In this document: positions 1 to 13,044 of the stretch, in pieces
Numbering within the stretch: the first letter of the stretch is position 1
How the letters are laid out: every line of letters begins with the position of its first letter
NCBI GenBank assembly: GCA_951406725.2
Contig: OX597825.1
Location: forward strand, 930,001-994,000
Length of the DNA: 64,000 nt
Direction: 5' to 3'
From: Octopus vulgaris
Taxonomy: Eukaryota
The notes under the pieces: generated by a model
Seen by the model: only the letters and a program-made list of their open reading frames with translations
Database searches by the model: none
Told to the model about the DNA's origin: nothing
Made by a program: the position numbers and the translations under genes

Positions 1-653
1 AAGGGCCACACCATCAATGGAAAATATTATGCCAACTTGCTGAGGAAATTACGAAAGACTATAAAGATTGCACACCCAGATAAACTGACAAAAGGGATCT
101 TGTTTCATAAGGACAATGCTCCAGCACAGAAGTCCATGGTTTCAATGGATGCTGTACATGATTGTGGTTTCAAACTGGTTAATCAGACTCCCTGTTTTCC
201 TGATTTGGCCCCCATCTGACTATCAACTGTTCACCAACATAAAAAAAAAACATTTGGCTGGGAAGTGATGGTGATGTGTGTGGTTGATGACACATTTAAC
301 TAACAGGATGAAAGCTTCTTTAGCAAAGGGATCCAAGCACTGCAACCCCGATGGAAGAAGTGTGTGGACCGCAAGGTGTACTAGGTTGAAAAATAAACAC
401 CATTTGATCACATTCCATGAGAGTTTGTTGTTTGTTCCTTCTCGAGCCATGCCTGGCTCATAAGGGCCGGTTTCCTTGGCATATAGGTTCCCCACCTGGA
501 TGGGACACCAGTCCGTCGCAGGTGAGCTGCAAGATGCAGGAGGAAAGAGTGAGAGAAAGTTGTGGCGAAAGAGTCAGCAGAAGTTCGCCATTACCTTCTG
601 CCGATTCCATGAGAGTATCTTGGTCAATGTATGAACTTTTCAGCCAAGTCTCA
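1..653 (+). mobile_element. Mariner (DD34D-type) transposon, 3' part; degenerate transposase plus right TIR, interrupted by a retro-insertion
   Basis: Translates as KGHTINGKYYANLLRKLR...ILFHKDNAPAQ...PCFPDLAP, then after a frameshift SDYQLF, matching the mariner HDNAPAH and YSPDLAPSDY motifs. Ends ...VEK* at ~396. TIR-like end ATGAACTTTTCAGCCAAGTCTCA followed by TA at 654-655. Confidence 0.85.
425..603 (-). mobile_element. 5'-truncated SINE/non-LTR insertion with 13-bp target-site duplication
   Basis: ATTCCATGAGAGT occurs at 412-424 and again at 604-616. The insert begins with TTGTTGTTTG, a (CAA)-type 3' tail on the minus strand. Internal GGATGGGACACCAGTCCGTCGCAGG resembles the SINE at ~35930-36123. 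Confidence 0.8.
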
Positions 654-1249
654 TAAAATGGATTTTACCTTTCATCTCTTACAGGATTGACAGAGTAATG
701 TATCAGAAAATTTACTGGGGCCGATATAACTTATACTAAAACCTCTTCAAGGAGATGGCCCTGCATGGCCACAATCCAGAGAATGAAACTGGTAAAGTAA
801 TAAAAGACAATGGTGCAGATGATATTTTCTATTCACATTCTGTGATTAGGAAGAAGTGGAGAAGAATTCTCTTTTAGAATAACACATAGTGGAAACAATA
901 CTATGTTATAACATGATTGCCTGACAATTTGTAGTTTGGAATGCATACATGCATAATAATTAATGAGTAGTCTGAGAATAGATGTGTTCATTAAGTAGCT
1001 TAAAAGACTTAAATAATTATCATTAAAATTGTAATAGCATGCATGACCTTTGTTAATTTAGAGATGATATTTACATATTGTATTCTTATAACGATTGAAA
1101 CAAACATTTAAATGACTTCTTTACGTCACAGGAAAGAAATTTATTTAATATTATTTCAATACAAAACTGTTATATTCTTATTGTTTAAATGAAGTACTGT
1201 CTGGGGTTTGTTAGTAACCAGCTAAAAGTAAAACATTGACACAAAGACA

Positions 1250-1451
1250 AGCTTCAGAGAGAGCATCTCTGTGGTTGTACAAACTGTAAGAAACAGTTGT
1301 GACATGTCCCAGAACCAACACTTTACTGTTTTAAGAAGGATGGATTAGATAATGTAGGTCTAAATACACCAAAAAAGACAGAAAGATTCACAGATGGAAT
1401 GTCTTTGCTCACAAGTCTGTTTGATCAGAGTTGACCTGAGGAATAACAACA
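1250..1451 (+). mobile_element. SINE-like repeat ending ...TGACCTG(G)GG(C)TAAACAACAAC, degenerate copy
   Basis: Reverse complement of the family repeated at ~7.0, 13.0-14.7, 16.9, 18.9, 56.5, 59.1 and 60.4 kb; (CAA)n tail. Confidence 0.6.
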
Positions 1452-1869
1452 TATAAAACGAAAGAGAGAGAGAGTGAAGCCATCAACGTATCTATGTTAA
1501 TTAACTGAGAATATAACCCACTCGAGTTAATCCTGAGTGACAATGTTCTCTAAATCTAGAATTCAAATGTGTAGCAATTGCCTAACTATTGCTCTCTCAG
1601 TACATCGTGGATTTTTCAGGCTAATATATGTAAATGTATATCACGGGCTTCTGTAGCTGATAGATATTTACATTTTTTTAGATTTTAATAATTTCTGTGG
1701 TAAAATAAGCATTTTCACACCTAAAAATTAATAAATAAGAGTACAGTACAGTACTGCACCATATAACACATTAATTAGAATATATTAAAAGAGAATACGT
1801 AGTGTACCGTAGATGAGTAAACAAAGAATTGCAGATACTCTTTGGGAAATGAAACTCGGGAGGTGAATG

Positions 1870-2021
1870 TGTGGTGTTGGTTTGCATTTATGATAAAATA
1901 AATATATACAAAAATATACAGTACAGTACTGTTTCTACTTCACGGATTTTCACCTATCGTGTGTGTGTGTATGTGGGGGTGGGGGTGGAATGTAACATCT
2001 GTGATAGTTGAGGGATTACAG
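1870..2021 (-). mobile_element. pogo/Tigger-type MITE arm, same family as 51969-52182; may extend left to ~1590
   Basis: Reverse complement of 51969-52115 (CAGTACAGTACTGTTTCTACTT...TTTTCACCTATC...GAGGGATTAC(A)G|TA). Confidence 0.7.
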
Positions 2022-2092
2022 TATATAAAACACAAATACAAAGTGTTTTTGATAACATACATGTGTGTGTGTGTGTATGTGTGTGTATGTGT

Positions 2093-2125
<33 letters not shown>

Positions 2126-2295
2126 AGTGCATCTGTTAGAATATATTTATGTCTATGTATAGACTTAGCTATGCATGTGAATATGTACCACAAATACATT
2201 GGAAATGCTTAGAAAACCCCTCGCTACCACTACCAAGGAAAGTACATAAGACATTAATATTCATTTAATACACACATGCACACCACACACATATA

Positions 2296-2442
2296 TGGCT
2301 GGCTGGTTTAGAAGTTTATTTTACAACCACATGGTTTGGAGTCCAATTCCACTGCATGGTATCTTGGGCAAATGTCTTTTCTTATAGGATTGTCCAAAGT
2401 TTTCTGAGTGGATATTGTGGGCAGAAATTGGAATGAAGCTCA
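2296..2442 (+). mobile_element. tRNA-derived SINE, degenerate 5' part
   Basis: tRNA-like head (TGGCT..TGGTTTAGAAG...GGTTTGGAGTCCAATTCC) followed by CTTGGGCAAATGTC; same family as 5795-6182. Confidence 0.65.
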
Positions 2443-2481
2443 TACACACATGCATACATACATTTTATATATATATATATA

Positions 2482-2676
2482 GTTGAAATTTACAGAAAAA
2501 CAAAAGACGAAGACAGGTGTATAAACAACAAACAGGTGTATTAGTTTAAAACTCGGGAAGGTGAGAAAATCTTTTACGTTTCGAGCCTACATTCTTCAAC
2601 AGAAAGGAACATGAGGAAATAAACAGAAAGAGAATAAAAACAAACTTTTGGAGCTAGTGGTCAATCATGGCGGCCC
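2482..2676 (-). mobile_element. Penelope-like remnant carrying a degenerate minimal hammerhead motif
   Basis: Flanked by (TA)n on both sides. Minus strand 2606-2571 reads CTTT-CTGTTGA-A-GAAT GTAG GCTC-GAAA-CG-TA-AAAG. Confidence 0.5.
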
Positions 2677-2693
2677 AGATATATATATATATA

Positions 2694-3300
2694 TCATCAT
2701 CATCATCATCACTTGATGTCTGCCTTCCATACTGGCATGGGTGGGATGGTTTGACAAGAACCAGCCAGGCAGAAGCCTGCACCAGACTTCTGTAACTGTT
2801 TTGGCAAGGCTTTTACAGATGGGTGCTTTTAAGTGGCACCTGCACTAACAGGGTCACCAAGTACTTGTAAGAGAAAAATAAGAAAAATCCCTTTTGAGAG
2901 GGGAGGAGGCATTGGAGGAGGTGATCTTGTGTTGGATGATGAAAAGTTATACCCAGGCACTGACCACCATCCTATATATCTCTCTCTCCTTTACTCAACC
3001 GTAGTGAGAGATCAGGAATGAAGACAGAAACAGGTGCACTGCTGCCAAGGAAATACGTGGTTACCCAGCCTGAAGGAAGTGCAGCAGAAGGAGAGGGAGG
3101 GAGAGAGAGTGTAGGAGACAGCAGGATAGAGGTGGTAGCAAAGTGCTGGGCATACTCACAAGGGCCGGGAATGAGGATATGAATGGGATGGTCAAATGCT
3201 ATAAGTGGCAGGATATTGCGAAGGAAGTGTGATTAAAGAGTGTGAAGAACCAGCACAAATTGAAGTATATTAGAGTGAGATTGCAAGATATAGTGTTTGC
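2694..3300 (-). mobile_element. RTE-tailed retroelement fragment with purine-rich internal region
   Basis: (CAT)n then TGTCTGCCTTCCATACTGGCATGGG, the common 3' tail seen in this window; similar layout at 34307-35300 and 61320-61968. Confidence 0.55.
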
Positions 3301-4489
3301 TTTTGAGCTACTCAGCAATGGATTATGATTGTTACTCAGTATCGATATGGTTGAGCGTTTAATCCCTGTGGGTGGTATCTTGGGGATGTTTCTTTTTTTA
3401 CTACTATGTTTTTGCCTTTAATATAAGCACTGTGGGTGAAAATTGGTTGGCAGAAATTATGTGAAAGACCATTGTATATAGATGAGTGTCATAAATGCAT
3501 GTGTATAAAGCATAAACTAGTGTTGAACAAAATACCTTGTGGTATTTAGGTACTAAGAGAAACCTAGCCACTTGATAAATAGAGATTGATAAAATAAGTA
3601 CAACACTAAGTCCTGGGATTGATCTACTTAACAAAGAAAGCAAGAAAAATAATCCTTTGAAGGCAAGGCCCACAGCTTAAGTCCAGAAAGTGAAAACAAT
3701 CAGAGAAGGTCTGAAAACAAGTATGGCTGCTAATAACTGTTTAATCTTCTCAACCATGCTGATATCATTGTACATATTGTATTGTTCAATGCAGAAATGT
3801 CTGCATGGGAATTTTGTGTGATTTTACTTAATAACATGAAAGCTTAAACACCTTGTGAAAAAAAATCTCATCTAAATCTCATCTCTGATATTTAGTTATG
3901 TTTTCCGATTTTAAGAAAGACATGGAGAAGAGTGGAAAACTTGATGATTTCATTAATATTAGTTCACCATTTCATTTATAAACTCTCTTAGAATATAATT
4001 TAATATAAATTTAAATAATTGCACAATATTATATTATAGCCTACGAATACTTGACTGCTTTGTGTATGATGTAAGATTTAGAACAAACATTACAAGAAAA
4101 CATTTCAAAAATCTTTTTATTCCATCGAATTAAATGAAAGTTTTGAGAAGATAATGTGAATTAAGAATAAAATCAATACTGATGTAAAAAGAGTTGTCTT
4201 TTAACAACTGTTTTCCATGAAACATTAATTCTTTCTTTTGTTAATTAACACAGCATCACATTTTCTTTTATCCTAATTAATTTCTCTTTTGCCAAAGATT
4301 TTCAAGGAATTGCATCAGGCAATTCTGTGTTCAGAAGTTTGCTTCAAATCAACAACGTTCTAGGTTTGATCTCAGAGTGCAGTACCTTGGGAAATCGTCT
4401 TATCTCATATCCTCAGGTAAAACAATACCTTCTCAGTGGAATTTGGTAGACAGACACTGTATAGAAGCTAGTCATATGTAATTCTTTTA

Positions 4490-4911
4490 GCATAATGTCT
4501 AAAATTTTCAGGGAGAGGGTTAGGGAATTACATTGACTCCAGTGCCCAGAAGGCATTTCATCTTCTTGTCCCTGAAAGAATGAGAAGCAAAGTTGGCCTC
4601 ACTGGAATTTGAACTCAGAACATAGGAGCAAAAGAAATGCCACTACGTGTTTTGGCACACTAACAATTTTGCCAGCCATGTCACTGCCTTCTTCATGATA
4701 ATAATGGTTTCAAATTTTGATATAAGGTCAGCAAGTTCAAGGAAGGGGACAAGTTGATCATATCGACCCCAGTGCATAACTGATACTTATTTTATTGACC
4801 CTGAAAGGATGAAAGGCAAAGTCAACTGAGTTTGAACTCAGAACATAAAGACAGATGAAATGCTGCTAAGCATTTAGTCCAGCAGGATAATGATTCTGTA
4901 AGCTTGCTGCC
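4490..4911 (-). mobile_element. Two tandem tRNA-SINEs of the Meta/MESC-like family
   Basis: Both copies contain CCTGAAAG(G/A)ATGA(A/G)A(G/A)GCAAAGT...TTTGAACTCAGAAC, the reverse complement of the intact copy at 48657. Confidence 0.7.
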
Positions 4912-4925
4912 TTAACTTCTTAATA

Positions 4926-4988
<63 letters not shown>

Positions 4989-5794
4989 TGTGTATGTGTA
5001 TCATCATTATCATCATTGTTTTACGTCTGCTTTCCATGCTGGCATGGGTCGGATGGTTTGACTGAGGACTGGTGAGCCAGGGTAGGGAGGGCTCCAAAAT
5101 GGGTCTCAGGGAGACTGATGAGTGGCCTATTGGAAACCTGTAACCAACATCATTATTATTCACCCGTAGCAATATAAGATAAATAAAAAAAAGCTTGTAA
5201 ACAAGTTCAACTACTGCAGACGACTGAATGGTTTGGGCCAAGTCAACAACAAAGCCTTTATGTTGATGACCAAGATATCTGACAGCAACTAAGCTTGTGG
5301 AGATGCAGTTTACTCTTGTTGGCATCAGTAACACACAGCGTATCAGGGTTAATTTGCATTGCATTGCTTATCTCAAGTAATAATCATGTGTACGCTATGA
5401 ATAAAGATAAATTTTGCAGATAATACTTAATTTTGAAGAAAATAATTAACTTTTGATGGATGCATTTTGACAAATTGAAAAGCTATGCATAACAGATTGA
5501 ATTAAATATTAAATTACATGAAATAAATAAATATAAATTTATTGATGAGTTATTACAAAAATAATTTGAATTTCTGAGCTATTTATCCCCTTTTCAGTGT
5601 TTTTATCTTTTATATGATATTATTGTATTAATTCTCTGAGGCTTGGTTTGAAGTTTGAGCATCTATTTTGGAATGCAGGGCTTCAAAAGTTTTAACCATT
5701 ATCCTGTAGTACAATGATTGCACATCATCATCATTTAACGTCCATGCACCATGCTGGCATGGGTAAGATGTTTTAACAGGATCTGAAGGGCCCA

Positions 5795-6182
5795 GTTTCA
5801 CTCATTTGACTGTGACCATGCTGGAGCACCACCTTTAGTCAAGCAAACTGAGCCCAGAACTTATTCTTTGTAAGCCTAGTACTTATTCTACCAGTCTGTT
5901 TTGCTGAACTGCTAAGTTACAGGGACGTAAACACACCAGTATTGGTTGTCAAGTGATGTTGGGGGGACAAACACAGACACACAAACATATACACACACAT
6001 ACATATATATACATATATACGACGGGCTTCTTTCAGTTTCTGTCTACCAAATCCACTCACAAGGCTTTGGTCAGCCTGAGGCTATAGTAGAAGACACTTG
6101 CCCAAGGTGCCATGTAGTGGGACTGAACCCGGAACCATGTGGTTTGTAAGCAAGCTACTTACCACACAGCCACTCCTATGCC
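5795..6182 (-). mobile_element. tRNA-derived SINE, near full length
   Basis: Minus-strand head GGCATAGGAGTGGCTGTGTGGTAAGTAGC...GGTTCCGGGTTCAGTCCC with Pol III A/B-box-like motifs, then CACCTTGGGCAAGTGTC and an internal (CA/TA)n. Relatives at ~18530-18698, 29145-29440, 35520-35875, 41160-41505 and 60675-60795. Confidence 0.85.
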
Positions 6183-6634
6183 TTTATTCACATTTTTTAA
6201 AGATTAAATCATGCATTATCTTGTAGCTTTGAAATTTCAATGACAGAAGTATTTTAATTTTTAGAAACTACATTATTCAGTGGGTGTGAGTGTCTGGATC
6301 TGATCAGTCATAAACATAAAACAGGATATTTGGGATGATTATGGCCAGTTTAGATACTAAAAGGTTAAAGTAATTTTGATAATAACAATTCTGTGTGCTG
6401 TGGTTATTTATTGCTGGGTTTACTGGTTGGGCTGTCAGTGCTATATGTATGTTGTCTTTAATTTCAATTTTCCTGGCTTCCTAGTTTGAAGCTATCTCAG
6501 AAAAGCAAACAAACTAACAAAATCCTCTCGATATCATTTTCCCTTCTCATATTTTTACAATTTCTGTCATCCCTAACTTCCATATTTCTTCACTAATCAG
6601 AGTTTTTTTCTGTAATTTTAGCATTCATATGTAA

Positions 6635-6856
6635 GCCTTTGGCATTCACAATACTTTGTCAAATGTATGGCTTATTTATTCACATTCTTTTGAATCAATT
6701 CATGCGTGATCTTGCAGCTTAGAGATTTCAGTGATGTGATTGCTTATTTTTAGAATGACATTGTAGGATAAGTGTGAGAGGCTGGATCTAGTGTGTTTGC
6801 ATGTAAAACAGGTGACATATTTTGGGCCGGATATGACCGGTTTAAATGCTGAAGGG
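6635..6856. mobile_element. piggyBac-type (TTAA) MITE; partial second copy at ~6185-6364
   Basis: Starts (G)TAA|GCCTTTGGCATT and ends AATGCTGAAGGG|TTAA, a degenerate CCCTTTAGCATT TIR. Internal sequence is shared with 6185-6364. Confidence 0.65.
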
Positions 6857-9002
6857 TTAAGAGCCATCTTGTTTTCTTTTTGTCAGACCTTCCACAAACT
6901 CACGGGATATCATAAATGTAATTATTCAGTTCATCCAACGTAAGTGGGACATTTATTATGGTTTGTAATGCTTAGTAACAGATTAGTTCTAACTGATCAG
7001 GCTTCTGGTTAAAAGCACTTATTCCAGCCATGCCCAACCCATCGTTTTTTGTTGATACAGTGCACCAAGTACTACTTTATCCAATGTATTTATTTTTGTG
7101 TAGTACATTAAGAGGATACAATCTGAGGGAGATTTGGTAACTATTTCTAACAGTTTGAGTGATCATACAGAGGTCTTCTTGTATGCTTGTGAGAAAGCTG
7201 TTCAATGTAGTGTTAATCTTGCATCTCATTATAATAGACTTCCTCTTGGTTCCTTGTATTTCCTTTGCCAGATGTCAAACAGGGAAGCAAAAACATGGTA
7301 TATTTTAGTTTGTTATTATTTTCGGTTTATGAACAGACACAGGTTTTCGAAAATCTAATGAATATTTAGTAATGTCCTGTTCATGTAAAACAAAAAATAT
7401 GACTTTCAATCTGATTTGTTATAAAAGATTTTTGCTCTACAAAAACTTTTGCTTGTGTTTACTGAGGCAACTCTATACATTATTATTGAGGTGAAAATTG
7501 CTGCAATATATAACTATATACATATGTATATACTTATTTATATATTCATTTGTTTTCCTTTCATATCAGTTTTTCCATGCCAACATGGAAATAGGTAATG
7601 TGGGTGTGTGTGTGAAATAGTGCATACATGAGGAACAGATTTTCATTTAAATCTAATTAGTTTTGTCAAGAACTACTAAGAAAATATGGTAAAATTCTAA
7701 ATTATAAAATATGAAACTTTGTTGTACTTCTTTTTCTTTTTTTTAATGATATATTGAAGGTAATAAGAGATAAAAATAAGCAATTTAAGAACACAATGTA
7801 AAATTCAATATTAGAGAATTAACATCCAGCATTATTTTTCATTGTCAAGGCATTCCATCCGTTATTCCAAATCAGAATGAATGTCAAATACGTCTTTGAT
7901 TCTGCATAATATATTTTTTTGAAAGATGCACTTTTCAAATAAAGTATTTCTTCCTTATATATTGAATTCTTAATGAAGATACTAATTAATGAACATTAGA
8001 GATATATGATAATCCCTTTTTGTGGGAGTGATGAGACACATAAATTCAGTAGAGTTTAGTATCTATCGAGAACAGACTAAACTTTTAGCAACTGCTTTAG
8101 TTAGTGTTTAGGAACAGTAGTCACTGCATTTTATATTACTTATAGTATGGAACACAAATTTAAAGATGAACAATATTCTGGGTATTTTTTTTTTTGTGTT
8201 TAATTTAGTCAATTTTAGTGCCTGACTTATTCTTATTTTATCAACACTAGAAGGATAGAAGGCAAAGTTAACCGTTCAAAACATGACTGAGTGACACAAG
8301 GAGTACAATGTAGAAGATTTGAAAAACAAATTACATCTTTCTAAATGACAAGTTTATTCATGCAAATCTAAAGTGAGAGGTACACAAAAATCATCCACAT
8401 TGCAAACATTTTACCATTAAATCAGAACAGACTCAGTAAAATCATAACAATATTTAAAAGATGATATCAAAGAAATCTTAACATGAGCATAACCAAAGAC
8501 AAAAGGACACACAATCACATCAACCCTCTTACTTAACTGATATTTATCTCATCAACACAGAAATTTGATTTCATCAAATTCCTGGGTTGGTTTGAATTAA
8601 GAGATCTGGCTAAATATCACACCACATTTTGGCTGGTGTTCCATCAGTTCTACCATCTATAGTTCTACCAGTTGAAAAAATTATTAAAAACATTGAAAAT
8701 CAAATTTCAGAAACACAAATCTCATTAACAACATAGTCATCATTAACACATACAAACACACATAAACGTGCTTGCATGCAGACACACATACACACACACA
8801 TGTAAGAAACTGGTGATTCCCTTTGCTGCTAATCATGGTTTCAATGTGATGATACCTGAGGCGAGAACAAGTTTTGTTGTAGCCTGAGGAATTGCATGGA
8901 GTAAAAATTGCTAAGTGGCGACAAAGTGTATCACCAGTTTTGTACAAATAAATATATTCTACAACATACATTAAGAATGATTTCTTTTGCTCGTTAACTC
9001 AA

Positions 9003-9006
<4 letters not shown>

Positions 9007-9086
<80 letters not shown>

Positions 9087-9124
9087 CGAGAGAGAGAGAG
9101 AAAGAGAGAAAGAAAGAGAGAGAG
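9007..9124. repeat. (TG)n-(GA)n compound microsatellite; further (GA)n tracts at 10074-10227, 16735-16800 and 21215-21264
   Basis: Directly visible. Confidence 0.95.
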
Positions 9125-10177
9125 TAATTTAATGTGTTCACTTCAGGAAATTAGTTCAATCAAAGTGGACTATTTTCATGTGTAGTACTCAATACAAAAA
9201 CAAGAGAGTTTAATATCTTTTTTATTAAATGTTTAAACTATGGTGATTTTGTTCCTAGATCATCCTCCTGGAAAACAACCTGGGGGTCAATGATTGTAGG
9301 GCAAATTTTTAAACAAACACACATGCACACAATTATACATACATATATGCATACAAAATTCAAATAAAATGCAGAGAGACAATTCCCTCAAAGTGGCTCA
9401 TGAAACTATCTGATGACCTGCTGTTGATAAAACTTTAAAGTGTGTGTGCATATTAAAAATATTTGACCAAATATTTAAGGAAACCAAAATCCATAGAAGT
9501 ATTAATGCAAAATATACATTGTAACCATCACAGGGCATATATTTATGACATATTTCTGATGCCTTTACAAAGTAATCTTTACTTTCACTGATAAGAGTTC
9601 TTCAGAAGCAAATATTTTAAATCTGAAGGACATATTTTCATTATGTTTGAGAAAATTTTTATGTTAAAAATCATTAATACTACTGTAGTTGGTAAAAGAA
9701 AGGACAATTCAAGTACTTGGTTTGATTTAATTGTGTTCTTCAGTCTTTGTTAAGAAATTATTATTATTATTATTATTATGATGTCAAAATTGTGTCTTTA
9801 GATTGCCAGTACTGAAGTCTCGATAATAACATCTGTTAATCACTTTCCAAGTCTTTCTTTAGTGGCTGCTAGACACCCAAGGGGACAAAAAACTGGGTTT
9901 TTTTTTCATGCTAGCATATGAAAGCAGTACAAGTGATATGTGCCAATAGTCTTATCCAAGCAACAAACACACACAATCACAAATTCTATTCCCAATTTAT
10001 TCAGATTACATATCACAACTACATCACTAATTCTATACTGTACATTTGATTGCAATACATAGTTGAGTGGGAGGAGAGAGAGAGAGAGAGTGAGAGAACG
10101 TGTGTGTGGAAGAGAGAAAGCAAAATGTAAGAAATATCAGTGAATAAGAGATATTAGAGAGAGAGAGAGAGAAAGAA

Positions 10178-10232
<55 letters not shown>

Positions 10233-10612
10233 TACTGCCAAGACACCAGATTCCTATCTCTTCTCTCCATCTGTTTCTATCTCATATTTTTTCTCTACAA
10301 ACTCAGCAACATAAGAACCACTGCTTGGCCAATTGTTTCACAATACTATCACAACCATTTATCTACCAATTACATGTCAACACACAGACAGAATCAATGA
10401 CAAACAACAGCAAAGCACCAAGAAACTATGAAAGTATTAATTAACATCAATTGTACTAATTTCACAAACCATTAAGTCAGCTTATATATAGGTAGTAAAT
10501 CACTTTCAGTAAAATAATTAGACACAATCAACAATCTCAACGGTACAATTGAAACAGAGCAGCTAATGAAATCTACACACAAATATATACATTTCTTGTT
10601 TGATACTTGTGT

Positions 10613-10655
10613 TCACACACACACACACACATATACATATGTATATATATATACA

Positions 10656-10708
<53 letters not shown>

Positions 10709-10838
10709 ATATATATACATATATATGTATATATACATATATATATATGTATATATACATATACATATATATGTATATATACATATACATATATATGTAT
10801 ATATACATATACATATATATGTATATATACATATACAT

Positions 10839-10897
<59 letters not shown>

Positions 10898-10955
10898 TAT
10901 GTATGCCTGTGTGTGTATACATGTGTGCACGTGCATGTATGTACACACACACATA
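10613..10955. repeat. Complex (CA)n/(TA)n microsatellite with a short higher-order TATG/TACA unit
   Basis: Directly visible; source of six spurious overlapping ORFs. Confidence 0.95.
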
Positions 10956-11998
10956 CATCTTGCTTTCATTTTTCTAAGCTTGTATCGGGTTGCAGTGCAC
11001 ATGTATGTGTGAGTCTCTATTGTGAAAGTAAATATAGTTTGGATATAAAATGATTACAAGCATAGAAACATGTAGCACATGAAATAAGATAATGGAATGA
11101 GGCGATGAGCAGAGCTGAGTGAACCTGAATCGTCTGGTTAAACTCATTAAATTTGATTACAACTTTGTTACAGATATATTTCCCAGGTTTCCTTGTTGCT
11201 TCACTATTTTCATTAGCCTTCTTTAACGCAATGCTTTAAATACAGTTAATGACAATACTTTCAGTTGTTTTGTGTATCTTCTCTCAGACTATTCATAGAG
11301 ATTTATTGCTTTTCAAGACATTCTCTGCCACGTAGCACACCAGTCTATCCAAACGCATTGCGTTTTCTGATCTCTTTTGGGCGATTTTTGTAGCATCTTA
11401 GATGAGAATGGTTTGCTGGTTCATAGCTCAATACTCTTAAGCTTCTTGGAAGAAAGAGACAATGTGGGTCCTCCTTCATTGCCATTCAACATGCTGTGTA
11501 ACCAGTTCTGAGAGGGCACAATGTGTGTGTGTGTGTGTATGTGTGTGTGTGTGTGCGTGTGTGTGTGTCTGTGTGTGTGGGTGTGAATAGATTCTAATAG
11601 TTGACTGGCACTTTTATTTATCAGCTCCTGAAGGGTGAAATGCAAAGCTGATCAGAGTGTGACCTGAACTCACAATGCAAAGAGCCAGAGCAATTGCTAT
11701 GCTCTGCAATGACAATATTATGCCAAAGCTGATGTCCTTTCCACTGGTTTTATATTGTGATGGCAAAAGTGAAAAGGCTCCATTATCCCTGTCAGCAATA
11801 GTCACATGACCTATTTCTAAACTATCAGTAGACCCTTGGCCAAAACAATGTCTACAATATGTTCCCTGGTACACAGATATATTAATGTCCTGTTCCTATT
11901 GGAGAATAAAAAATAAACACAAAAAACTATACTCTTGCTTTTCCATGAATACTGCTATTGTGAAAACAATGCATTTCTGATGACACAAAGGACAGCAT

Positions 11999-12043
11999 CC
12001 ACCACCACCACCACCACCACCACCACCACCACCACCACCACAC
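11999..12043. repeat. (CCA)n trinucleotide repeat
   Basis: Directly visible. Confidence 0.95.
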
Positions 12044-13044
12044 CTACTTTTACTTCTGTTGAAAGAAAATTTTGAATGAAGCAAATCGTTTCCATTTATC
12101 CAGTACAGAGCCATTCTATCAGTGAGTGGTCGTTCAGTGTCTCTGTTTTAATTTCAGACTCTGTTGTCCCCTACGCAACAAAATAACACTTAGTTCTATA
12201 CACTTTATCTTCAGTATATCTAAATCTAGAGAAAAGAAGACAAAAATAAACAAGCAGTTACTTACCCTGAGTCAGAAATCTTCACATCTTCAAAACGAGA
12301 CAAAAGCACTGTGTCTGAAATTCTTCAAAGTTCAGCAAAGAAGTTCTTCACTCTTTACAGCATCAAACACAATTTACTTTGGGTTTTGCAATCAAGTTTT
12401 CTTCTTCTCCCAGCAAGATTTCTTTTTGTAGTCAATTTTTAAATCTTTCAGACAACTGTGAACCTGAGATTAGGTTTCTATTATTTTTCATGCGATTGTG
12501 GCACCAGTTGTGTTATTCTTTTAGTTTCTTTTTGTGCCGGAGGCCTGCTTGCAACTTTATTTTTAGCTGTTTCTTCACAACATAACACATTGTTAAAGCT
12601 GTATCGTGGTATTAGCACCAGAATTAAACTTCTATCACTCAGCAGCAGAAGTCCTTCTCTGCACTCATTGTTTGGTTGCCCAAACCCATAAACCTATGAC
12701 CAAAAGTGTTTTAACCATCCAACCTCTTCTAGTCATGGTGGATGTAGAACTCTATGGTCCAGTGTGTTCTATTATTTATTTTTTAAATAGTTTACGCTTA
12801 GATTCAGCTGCTATTTCTAGCAGGCCCAACAACCCTGTACGGGTTCTCTTCAGCAGACTTTTATCCACTTCTTCCATCCATGTTACCGGTAGGGAGGGGG
12901 AGGGGGTCACTAAAACTCTTAGCATATTCTTTCAATTTGTCCATTGTTTGGCCAGCTTTTTTGTCATTCCAGTTGTAGTTCTATTTTCCTTTTGATTATG
13001 TTCTTGAGGTTCCAGTTGTCTTTGAGCTGATCATAGTATTGTTA

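Noticed and set aside
6110-6182. tRNA gene
   Set aside because: A tRNA-like SINE head with no complete cloverleaf, continuous with the SINE body.
10563-11053. Six overlapping ORFs of 125-148 aa
   Set aside because: Translations of (TA)/(CA) microsatellite (YI/HT/CV runs). The same applies to ORFs at 21.0, 32.1, 37.4, 54.8 and 63.0 kb.
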